From Setoptus koraiensis (lineage: Eukaryota > Animalia > Arthropoda): a stretch of DNA of 64,000 nt. This document shows, piece after piece, positions 50,075-61,106 of this stretch (position 1 is its first letter; the number at the start of each line of letters is the position of its first letter). Position numbers and translations under genes: made by a program. Below the pieces are notes generated by a model. That model made no database searches. It had not been told where the DNA came from and saw only the letters and a list, made by a program, of their open reading frames with translations. The stretch lies in the NCBI GenBank assembly GCA_048013815.1, contig CM106586.1:23622001-23686000 (forward strand), written 5' to 3'.

Positions 50075-50540
50075 GAGGGGGTCGCATTTCAGACTGGGGT
50101 GAGGGCCCAGCTACTTTCTAAATCTATAATCGGATATGTACCGATAGTTAGACGTGGCCGACAGTTAGGTCGAATTAGCAACTGCAGTTGGGAGGAGTAG
50201 AGACGCCTCCCCATGTGCGGATCTGGCCCGAAAGGTGATTACTATCTGCAGGCAAAGATTCGTTTTGTGTGTGCTCAACCGTGATCTATATGGGCGCATC
50301 ACGCCAGTTGCGGCCGAGCACGCCCAGTAGACCTATTATGATTCGTGCGGTTGGGCGTGCCGAAGTTTCCGCGCCCGGAGTAGATGATCGAAAGACCCCA
50401 ATTAAAACTTACACGCTGTTCGCGTCGATACTGCACACCTAGATTGAAGCACGCAAAGCTCCGAGTGCATCGGGCATGTCCAAAGTGAGTGGGCGACTCC
50501 TTTACCCGCAGCAGCAATACTTGTTCTGTGTGAGGTTTTT
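50075..50540 (+). ncRNA. Candidate structured Pol III-type ncRNA (unassigned; 7SK-like or telomerase-RNA-like layout)
   Basis: TATAAA at 50041-46; closing helix 50075-85/50493-503; nested helix 50132-39/50474-81; local stems 50094-110, 50190-211 and 50318-27/50351-60; 3' hairpin 50508-529; T5 at 50536-40. G-U pairs favour the + strand. Folded by eye. Confidence 0.3.
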
Positions 50541-52105
50541 CCCGAGTCCTCGCATCTGGTTGAGGAGAAATCCGAAAGGGCGGCGCTACTCAGATTTCAA
50601 CACTGCATAAGCAGTTGATTATGTAGATTGCGAGACTTCAGGATTTGCAACTTGCAGATACGCAATACCGAATCGCGCGTACGCGCATCGACTCTAGATT
50701 ACCCTAAAGCAAGCAATAAAAAGAAGAAAACATTTAGTGAAACAGTCTGCCTTCGAGTGCACATTTTTTGAACGAGGCCAGCGTCTCTGGCGGATCTCTC
50801 TCGAACTAAATGGTATCGGAACTTTACTGGTGTAATTGTACAATATACAGTACCCGATACAATTCTGAGCCGCACAGAGAGGCACATTTAGAGTAGAATA
50901 GTCAGCACAGTGCACGCTTGATGTAGATCTATTGCATGGGAGAGCCGTTGCTTCGCAGCGCACAAAACAAGAACAGTTTTGAAAAGGCACAACTTGGCAA
51001 CCGACTGAAACACAGACACATAGCCAGTTCTTACACTATAGTGTGCACTGTATTTATTATACTGTGGTATAGCAACGTTTATAGTGTAGTGCACCAACAG
51101 CAACAACTATACAACAAGAAAAGAACTGCCATAAAAGCTGTTTATATGTGGCTTCCACAATGCATTTTAACTGGTGATTGAAACACCCGATATTTTCGTA
51201 CAGTGGTGTCATTTCTTGCTGGATCACCCGATATCGAGCTGGTGACTCAATAATAAAGTTAGAACTCTCAAGTTGTAGTCGAGCTGATTAAACTTGTGAT
51301 GTAAGCTACCGCTGTTTTCTGTTATCCGCATCATCAGTATCATCTGTATGAGTGGCATGAGTAGTGTGATTGTTATCGGTGGCAGTGCATGCAGTGTAGC
51401 TGCCACACACTGCACTGTATCTATGCTATATTTGTGTAATGTGGACCTGGTACAATTAGACACTGGCACAGAGTATTCAATGGTCGCGCGCAGATCAAGT
51501 TTGTGCTAACAATCGGCTGCTAGAATTCGTTGGCCTAGTCCAGCTCAGCATATGATAAGGTTATAAACTGTGCTGATGCGCTGGTGTGCGGCTCACAAGC
51601 AATCAGCATAGATTAGAGAGCGAGGCAAAGCCAAGCTCTTGGCCAACAATATAATCTACACTATACTGGTTATACATATATGTTATATTATTATATTATA
51701 TTATTATATCATCATCACCATATCGTATCCATACTATTGTCATTATGACAAAAATGATTTATTTGATGTCTATTATTATTACTTTTATTTGTTCGTCAAC
51801 GTCGGATTTTGTGCTCTAGCCAGCAGTCACAACTGGTTGTTGTAATAATCACACCACTATCAGCCACCGTCGAGGGTGCTCGCATACCTTAACACACATA
51901 CTCACCACCACAGAGCCGCCAACAATATCTGGTGGCCCAAGAGGGGATCGATTTTATCAAAATTATCATTATCATCAATAATTATCATAATTATCATCTC
52001 TTATATTAGCACCATCATCGTCATTATAAACACACACATTTGAATATTTGAATACACCTATCGAAGCAACATTAAGCAACATTATAAACAACAAAAGCAA
52101 TCAGC

Positions 52106-53104
52106 ATGTTCGATCAAGAGAAGACTGTCTTAATAAATTTGGACGCCATTATTGGCAGACTATTGGAGGCGCGCCTATCTAAACCAGGAAAAAGTGTTGC
52201 TCTCACAGATATTGAAATCAAAACAATTTGCGTCAAATCTAGAGAAATATTCCTTAGTCAACCTATACTCTTAGAATTAGAAGCTCCTCTTAAAATATGC
52301 GGTGATATACACGGCCAGTATTATGATCTATTACGCCTATTTGAATATGGAGGTTTCCCACCCGAATCAAATTATCTATTCCTTGGTGATTATGTTGACC
52401 GTGGTAAACAATCCCTAGAGACGATATGTTTGTTATTAGCCTATAAAATTAAATACCCTGAAAATTTCTTCTTATTGAGGGGCAATCACGAATGTGCCAG
52501 TATTAATAGAATCTATGGCTTCTATGACGAATGCAAACGGCGTTACAGTATTAAATTATGGAAAACATTTACAGATTGCTTTAATTGTTTACCAGTAGCT
52601 GCCATCGTAGATGAAAAAATATTTTGTTGTCATGGAGGATTGAGCCCGGATTTAAATACTATGGAACAGATTCGCCGATTGATGAGACCAACAGATGTAC
52701 CGGATCAAGGGCTCTTATGTGACTTACTTTGGTCGGATCCAGACAAGGATGTTGTTGGCTGGGGAGAGAATGACCGTGGCGTTAGCTATACTTTTGGTAC
52801 AGATGTTGTTAATAAGTTTCTCAGCAAACACGATCTGGATTTGATTTGTCGAGCGCATCAAGTTGTTGAAGATGGTTATGAATTTTTTGCTAAAAGACAA
52901 CTTGTAACGTTATTCTCGGCACCAAACTACTGTGGCGAGTTTGACAACGCAGGTGCAATGATGAGCGTTGATGAAACTTTAATGTGCTCATTCCAAATTT
53001 TAAAACCCGCAGACAAAAAGAAATACCCCTATGGTAATATGAATTCCGCCAGACCATTAACACCGCCTAGAAAGAATGACCCTACAACTTCGAGGAAACC
53101 CTAG
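52106..53104 (+). CDS. PPP1C: Serine/threonine-protein phosphatase PP1 catalytic subunit, 332 aa, intronless CDS
   Basis: PPP motifs GDIHGQ, GDYVDRG, RGNHE, SAPNYC; C-terminal TPPR regulatory site. Confidence 0.97.
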   Translation: MFDQEKTVLINLDAIIGRLLEARLSKPGKSVALTDIEIKTICVKSREIFLSQPILLELEAPLKICGDIHGQYYDLLRLFEYGGFPPESNYLFLGDYVDRGKQSLETICLLLAYKIKYPENFFLLRGNHECASINRIYGFYDECKRRYSIKLWKTFTDCFNCLPVAAIVDEKIFCCHGGLSPDLNTMEQIRRLMRPTDVPDQGLLCDLLWSDPDKDVVGWGENDRGVSYTFGTDVVNKFLSKHDLDLICRAHQVVEDGYEFFAKRQLVTLFSAPNYCGEFDNAGAMMSVDETLMCSFQILKPADKKKYPYGNMNSARPLTPPRKNDPTTSRKP

Positions 53105-53645
53105 TGAATGTATTTGCACAGACACCATCACAACCCAATAAATAAATCACCAATACAACTAAGGCAAGACAACTGTTTCACAATATATATGTTATATTAT
53201 TGTGATATATACATATATTGTGTGTTAATAATAATACTATTATATACATGTATACAACATCTTTTAGGTATAACGCACCCATTTTAGCGCAATTACATTA
53301 GTAGATACATTGAATCCACCCAATATGGGTTATGCATCATATCCGTTATACATTCAAGACGACTAAGCTCTATAGAGGCCCTGTTAGTATGGTTTGCAAT
53401 TAATGTGTATATTAAATACATTTATATATATCTATATATATTTATATACATATACATGTATATATATATATAAATATATATATAAATATAATCCCATTAT
53501 TGAGTACATGATAACTATAATAGTAATAATAATGATAACTGTATCATAACAATAGTATAGTAGCTGTCGTTAAGTTTACCTAATAGCTTAGCTCGTGCAG
53601 TCGAAATATACCGGTACAATTATTGGATAATCATAATATTGAGTA

Positions 53646-56600
53646 TCAATAATAATAATGCAATTCACTAAATTCTGTATTATTGGTGCGAAAGAATAGC
53701 CAACTTATGTTTTCTGAATCAACAATCTCAGAAAAATTTCCCGATCTAATTTTAGGTCCTCGTAATATAACAATATCCTCATCTAAAGCTGTTGGTTGAA
53801 ATGTTAGTATCATTTCGTTGATGTTATTCATCCTTACCATTATTGGCCTCTTGAGCTTAATGAGACAATCCTTTTCCTTAGATATAGACAATTGTATTGA
53901 TTCGTCAATTGTGTCCATAAGCAATGTATCATCGCCCGATCCACTATGGTTGTCTGATGAATGATGATGATGATTAGCATTCAGATAGCCACCATCGATG
54001 GTCGATTTAGTGATATATTTTAGATGGCACTCAAACTTGGGTGTACGTGCAGCAAAATTAGACTGGTCTAATCTGAGCGGTATTGTAATAGCAACAATGA
54101 AAACATTTTGATTTAAGCATTGAAATTTCGACGTAATAGATTTAATTGTTCTTGTTGTAGCTGTGGACATTGAATGAGGCGAAGGTTTATATCTCCGAAT
54201 AGTGAAATAATCTGGCGGTGCGCACCTAGGTGCACTATTCTCGCTTAAAGTTGCCGGAATACGCGCCAAACCAGCCACAGCCAAATTCATGAAAATAGCC
54301 AATTGTTCGGATTTATTCAGTAAACAATTATCATCATCTATGGATACTGCGGGAACATTGATTTCTTTATCCCTTTCTTCCTCCTTATTTCCCAGAGTAC
54401 CTACGTTGCCAACACCGTGTTCGGTGGCCAATTCACCGCCAGAGTCTCCACTTGAACCTTTCGTAGTCTTGCCTGAGGCGGTTTTTTCGTCCTCGTTACC
54501 ATCGATCGCACCGCCATTTTGTTGTTTTGCCTTAATTGTTTGCGAGCTTGAACTATGCGATTTGCTATGATTTGATTTTTTGACAGTTGTCGCTTCAATT
54601 GCGGCAGCACTCTCATTATTTGAAGTTAGTGCTATTGCTTTGGCAAATTCTTCACTGGTCATTGCTAGAAATCTGATTGATTTCAATATTTCAGCTTCGG
54701 TGAGAATAGCTCTAATGACTTGCCAATCGCCAACATTGCATGAGCGTCTCTTCGACTCGTTGAGAGCCCAACTAATGGCGCTATTAAATAGTGAATATTC
54801 CGAGTAAATGTTCAAATATTTTCTATTGACGATAAACTCAACAGTTGTTGGCTGCACCGAACTGAACGATTATGGATAACATTCACCAACAGATAAATCA
54901 TACAGTCGATTAGTGGTTTATTGAAGAAAAAGTAAACAGTCGATTGTGTGTTAGCATTGTTGAATTCTGTCACCTCTACTTACTTGAACGACTTGTGGGT
55001 TACGACACTATAAGTTTGCCTATCAATTAGATTGATTGCTTGCAACATTAGCTGGTGTGAATTCAAAACTTGAGCAAACTCATAAACTGCACATGCACTT
55101 GACGGAGCTATATTCTTCTCGATGTAATTGAGACATTCTCTCAACAATTGTGGAAGAAGATACTTTTTAGCAGCATAAGCTGTCAGCATGGCATCTTCAA
55201 CGGAGTTCAAATTCAATGAATCGGTGTAGGCATAACGGAGCAAATTCTCAAAGCCAATAGGCGCTACATCCGGTATCCGGATCATTTTGTTTTTGTCGGC
55301 CATGTCTCCATAGAATAGCGTTTCAAAGACTGGTAACCATATAAAGCAATCACAAGGAGTGTTAACAATTATTGAACTCAAACAAAGCGTCAAGGACGAC
55401 AACAACAGAATGGGTAGGTATGGTGGGAACATTTACCTGGCGATGTCATCGCTAACAATACACGATGTCCGACGTACTTCTTGGAATGTTGCGGTGGTCC
55501 CACTATAAAGGTTACATCTGTGAATGATTTATTCTGATAGATGGGTTGAAATGTTTAGGTTGGTTGATTGAATACAATTGTAAGAGCACATGGAAGAGAG
55601 ACAATAAAAGCTGTATTAGACGTATCATTTTTCAATATCTAGAGGATATGTTTTTGTTTTAAACTTGTATTGCTGCTGATTAGTATTGGATTCCGACGAT
55701 AGCTTACACACAGATCTTTATCTAATTCGATGCGCAGAAATTGTTTATTATAGATGTTATAAGATCGTTTCTGAGTCATTTCAAACAGATTTCAGATTCC
55801 ACTTTCATAAGACACAGTTTAGTTTTCGGTATGATAGGTGATATTTCCAAAATAAACAAACAAAGTATTTCTAGATTAGTCGAGTCAACTCATTGATACC
55901 CTCGGTTCAGTTCAATCGTGAGATTGAAAAACAAGAACTCTCTCTCTCTCTCTCTCTTTTGTGTGTTTAGGGGCAGAGACAATGAAAATTGTAGAGTTTC
56001 CTTTAAATACGATAAATTTGATGATGGCGAGGCTTTCAACTTTCATGTTTACGAGGTTAGATGCATTAAATTGCCGTCAACCAACAAGTGTAGAACAAGT
56101 GTCCCACTTTGGTTTTGCAACAACACACACTATAATGATTGGAGTGACAGATAGTAAGGGTAGCATCATCCACAATTAAACGCATCTGTCATATTTTTGA
56201 CAAATGCGCCCCTTGCAATTTACACACGAAACTCTCCCGCTCGCTTGCTCTGATTTGTGTTACTTTGACACATGATCCATGGGATAAAAACAAAGAGTAA
56301 ACTGTGTTTATTCTCTACACTAAAAACACTCTGCCGAACCTATAGCCATAATGGGCAATCTCTGAGTATAGATTAGTCATTCACCGCTATACGTTACGCG
56401 GAATATAAACAAACAGGTGTGTAACAGTGTGTGTGTGACGTGCACATTAATTAGCAAGATTATCAGAAGGTCCCCTCTGAATAGATCTCTCTATTCTATT
56501 TAGCCTATATATCATTTAATGTGTGTCAGTTACGATTGCTGTTATAGTTGTAGTTGTTGTTGTTGTTGCGGAGTCGCAATCAGATAGATGAATTTCTTCT

Positions 56601-57315
56601 GAATATTTGTTTGTGTATGTGTGTGTGTGTGTACAATATAAATTACCATCACTGCTTGTTTGTGCTCTTTTGTTAGTTAGCGACCTCGTTATTTTGAATA
56701 CATGATAATGTTTTTCCGCAAGTATATAATTTTTTATTTTTACGAGCCCGCTCACATTTATGCAGAATAAACAAATAACAACTGAAATATTTGGCCGGTG
56801 TGCAGCATAACCGCTAGCCTATAATGTGTGTCAGTCATAAATAGCCCTAATAGCAAGCTCTTAAACCATTCATTAAATAATATTATTGGTGAATCAAAGC
56901 ATATCATTCTCAGTCTTTGCATTCTTTTAGTTTGTTTATGCCTTAGTGATTTGTTTTGTCAATTTGTAATTATAGGATATACGTGTAACACAGCACCGTG
57001 CTCATTTTTCATCATGGTCTAAACTATCGAGCAATCTTTTATAGAGTTTTATTTGGTGCGGAAATCAGAGCCGTTTCGAAACACAAAACACAAAAGGAAG
57101 AAGCGAGGGCCGAAAGAGGAAAAGCTTTCTCGGTGCTACCCTATTCGATATCCCATCAGATTCCATCTTGAAAATAATAAATCTGCCTATCAAGATTGAA
57201 GAAAAAAACATCAACTGGAATTGTAACAATCTCTTACCAGACGTTGATAGTCCACCTCGGATTTAATTGCTAGTGCCTCCTCACGTGAGCCACGATGCCG
57301 ATGTTGGGATGTCAT
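53646..57315 (-). CDS. BTB/POZ-BACK domain protein (BTBD1/2/3/6-like), 4 exons
   Basis: Exons 57315-57238 (MTSQHRH...VDYQRL; less certain), 55533-55437 (NKSFTDVTFIVG...HRVLLAMTSP), 55329-54984 (VFETLFYG...LLRYAYTD...AAKKYLLPQL) and 54861-53646 (BACK ...LFNSAISWA...IRFLAM); all GT-AG with consistent phases. Confidence 0.85.
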
Positions 57316-59085
57316 TATAGATAAATACAATTGCTATTGGTATTGGCACTAGCAGTGGTAGCGCTACGAGGTATTATTCAGAACTTGCTACGACTGTTAT
57401 ATTGTTGCTAACTGATCTAATTGATTTGGGAGTGTCTAGTTATGGGCTGGATAATTAGATCTGAATTTTATATATTTGTTTGTTCAATATTTATTGTATT
57501 CACTGTGTCTACTAGTGCATTAATGTTTTCTATTATAACTTCCAATGATGAATTCACAGTAGATTTGTTATCGTTGCCCAATCTAGTTTGGTTTTTCAAT
57601 AACACGTCTGGCTGTTTTCATTTGAAGAGAACTATTGAATTTGCGTAGAATATATCCGTTTCGAAGGTGTCCCATGTGCGCCCGTTTTTGTTGATAGTAA
57701 TGTTTTTGGGAATGATTGATAATAACTTTTCGTGGTACTTTTCGTAGCTTGGTTTGGTTAGGTTGTATGCTGTTATGGTGACTTTATTCAAATGATGGCC
57801 CCTCTGGATGGTAGCTTGATTATAAGCTCTCTCTGGGCAGAAAGCGAATTTTTGTGTGAGAGTTGCGCAACCACGCATAACTTTTTCACCTACCCAAAAC
57901 CATTAGTTAAATAACCAACTAGCCCTGTGTATTAACCAACCGACAACATCCAAGCTTGGCAATCTAATTTGACTGCTTAATAGTCTACAATAGCTAGTTA
58001 GAGATCAACCACGGGGACAATGGTTTAAAAAGCTCGAAACGCTCTGAAGGTCTCCGACAAGCTCAGTTGAGTCTCGGATTGTATCAAACTGACCAAAGCT
58101 CCATGCTACCCTATAGGCTCGTCGGGCAAGTGTTCGTACAATGGGGCCCCTCTTTCACTGGGCTTCCATGCTTTTGAGACTAGAAGGATCGCAATAAATG
58201 ATAGCTCTTGTGTGTTGAAATAAGCCATAGCTCGCTAACAAATAAACGACAGATGCATTGTGATGGAGTTAAATATTCTCAGTTATTTGAGTGAGTGGTC
58301 TTTTATTTATTTTTTCTCACAGAGCCATTCAAAATATCGATGACGATCTATTGGCACAATGGTGTCTTCTACTAACAACAATTGACCGACAACTATTTGT
58401 TCTCGAGGATTGGTGAACGACTTTCGATTGAATAACAATTGGGTTGGCCAGAAGGTATCAGTTTCGAACAGAACTTGTTACAGAGTATTTGCAAAAGTAA
58501 TTGATATAAGTACACTACCAAAATTCTATTATTTTGTTTGAACTATTTTGGCTGAACTATTATTCTCGTTGGTCTTGCAACTATATTCGTATGTGGGATG
58601 TTTGTAGTCCTTCCGGTTTGTATTTTTGAGTTGTCAAGGCAACGCAGTTACTTAATCATCATTGAAAAACTCGAATTGTCTTCTTTGAAGATTAGTTGTC
58701 AATCCATCGAACCAATCAATGATAGAGCTTAGAGAAGCAGAAGTCAGCTGAAACTAACTATAGGGCACTACGGCTGCTAGGCGAGTCATCTCCTTCAAAT
58801 CTAATTTGGGCACAAGAGTCTTTACAAAAGCAGTCTGATTTCTCTCAAGGCAATATAGTCATTGACCTGCCATATAATTGGTAAATAATTGGTTCGCCAT
58901 GCATGTGCCTAGAATAAACAGATACTCAAAAATTTAGTTTGAATGTTTAAAAGGTCATCTGGCACAGAACGAGAGCGCGGTTAGAGATTAAAGAATAGAA
59001 TGAGGACCTCACCACGTTGATTACTTGATTATCTCGAATCAACAATTCAAAGCGAGCCAGATGCTGGATTTCAACAGTGTGAGTA

Positions 59086-59570
59086 ATGGGTATTTTATGT
59101 ACCAGTATTGTTGTTGATGCACCGTCGAAATGGAGAAAAGCAAGAACGATGTATAAAGCACTGGATAATGTGATTGATAATGCTGAATTAATGTATGGTA
59201 TGCATATTGCGTCTTTCATATCTGCGAACACTTTCTTTTTCTATTGTGCAATATGGTTTGGAATATTTGATACAGAGCGAGGAGATAAAAATACATTTGT
59301 GGCTTCAATTGAGAGAATGTCGGTCAAATTGAAGAGTTGACGACTTCTAGCATTAGTACAGAATGCTTCTAGCATTAAAAGCTTTTTCTCTTCGTGCCTG
59401 CCTCTCGCTAGCTGGACTGGATGATATAGCAGTTGAGGCAATGCTCTAATTAGATTGTTTATCCTAGTCGACCGTATGCAACTATATACACACAGACAAA
59501 ACTGTTCTTTTTACTCTGGTCATTTGGGTAGATTTATACCCAGCAGCAGCAGCAGCAACAGCAGCAGTGT
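59086..59570 (+). pseudogene. Possible decayed 7TM chemoreceptor (gustatory-receptor-like) fragment
   Basis: One frame with three internal stops: YKALDNVIDNAELMYGMHIASFISANTFFFYCAIWFG...*RLLALVQNASSIK...**...LIRLFILVDRMQ...CSFYSGHLGRF. Only a qualitative resemblance to the C-terminal half of GRs. Confidence 0.2.
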
Positions 59571-61106
59571 ATCTACGCCAGCAATGAGAAGGCATTCGCG
59601 ACTAGCCACAAGCGCTATATGTCTGCCGTCTGATATATTTACAACAACAGCACAAATACAAGGACACTTGACAGATAATATACTCTTACTTCGTGTGATG
59701 TTACCACTTCGCCTCTTTCATACGTTCATACCTGTTCATACGTTAAGTCATCCTGGTTGCTGCTGCCGTGACCAAATAGACATCGTATATGAACCAGCCA
59801 CTCAAGCGTGACCATCTTTTTGCCACAATGATGGCACACACACACACACACACCAGCCTTACCTGACAACCACATTGAAGCAGCTCACCTGTGCTAGTGG
59901 TTGTGCGGTACCTCATGGTGTATATGGCGCAACAGAGTGAGATAATCATAGATAAAGATCTCGTTGCGAATTGCAAACAAGTGACCACAACCGTATCACG
60001 ATGATGATCATCATCATTAGAGCCATTGCAGTGTTTGAATGTAGTGAATGTAGACCATACACTGTACCCTTTAGGGCAACCAACCACCATTCACCTTGGC
60101 TGTGTGACTACGTTTACGTAACTTTTTTCTCTTCTCTTCTCTTTGTGGTGTCATCATCATCATCACAGTAAAGCGCACGAGCGGCATATTAATTGATATG
60201 GAGTGCCCTACCCTCACTTACTGTTCATTCCATTATGTGCTCCCTACTTGTGGGCCATGCTCCCTCGTCCCCGTCCCTTGGCATTAGGTTAGCCACGATA
60301 CCGTTACTACCACTGTTACATAATACTCTCTAGTCTGTTGATGATGGTGTACAGGTTCATTGCTATACTACACAAACGGACCTAACTGAACCATAACTAA
60401 ATGCTGCCAACAGTAATGTTTGAGGATATATAATATAGAAAATTATCGTTCATGTGCCTGTTCTAGCGATACACACCACGAACTAACCAACAAACTCTCT
60501 AGCCTTCCACAATAGTTGGTCAGACAAAAACTCAGACAATGCCTCGAGTAATTAAACATTAGCGCCAGACGCTTTACAGCATCAGTTTACAGTCACACAT
60601 GTACCTGGTTTGCACTTTATTCAACGCTACGATCACTTTGAACTCAAACTAAATGCCACATTATCTAATAAAATTTGTTTGACCTCGTGGCACGTCCAGG
60701 CTGGCTCAGTTCATTAGGACTAGATGGCGCTGAAAAAATTCCCTTCCACAGTCAAGGGGATCCTCTTCAACTTGTATATTTGAGCAATTCATATTGAATT
60801 TGCTCGAAATCAACTGCCGAAAGTTCTTTTTTTTTTAGCAAAAATATTGTATCAACATTCTAACTATTATCACGGTCTAGATTTTTCATCTTCAAGCATA
60901 CCAACCTGCCAAAAATACAATGACCGGAAGTCAAAGGTGCTGCTCGCTGAAAAAACTGAATAAGGAAAGACCAAGTTTGATTTCAAATTCATTTCTCTGT
61001 TGCTTTATTAATACTGTTTGGTGGTAAAAACATTGGAATATAATACATTAGTAGGAAAATAATGAAGTTGCAAATTGTGCTAATTATGTCACATAAAAGA
61101 TCAAAC

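Noticed and set aside
49738-50095. RNase P RNA (GGAAGGTCT plus ATTTCAGACT resembling CR-I/CR-V)
   Set aside because: P4 would have only ~4 bp, the GGAAGGTCTA segment is better explained by a local hairpin, and no P1 closing helix was found.
50540-50600. HDV-like ribozyme (TCCTCGC L3-like loop)
   Set aside because: No P3 pairing and no P1/P2 pseudoknot could be built.
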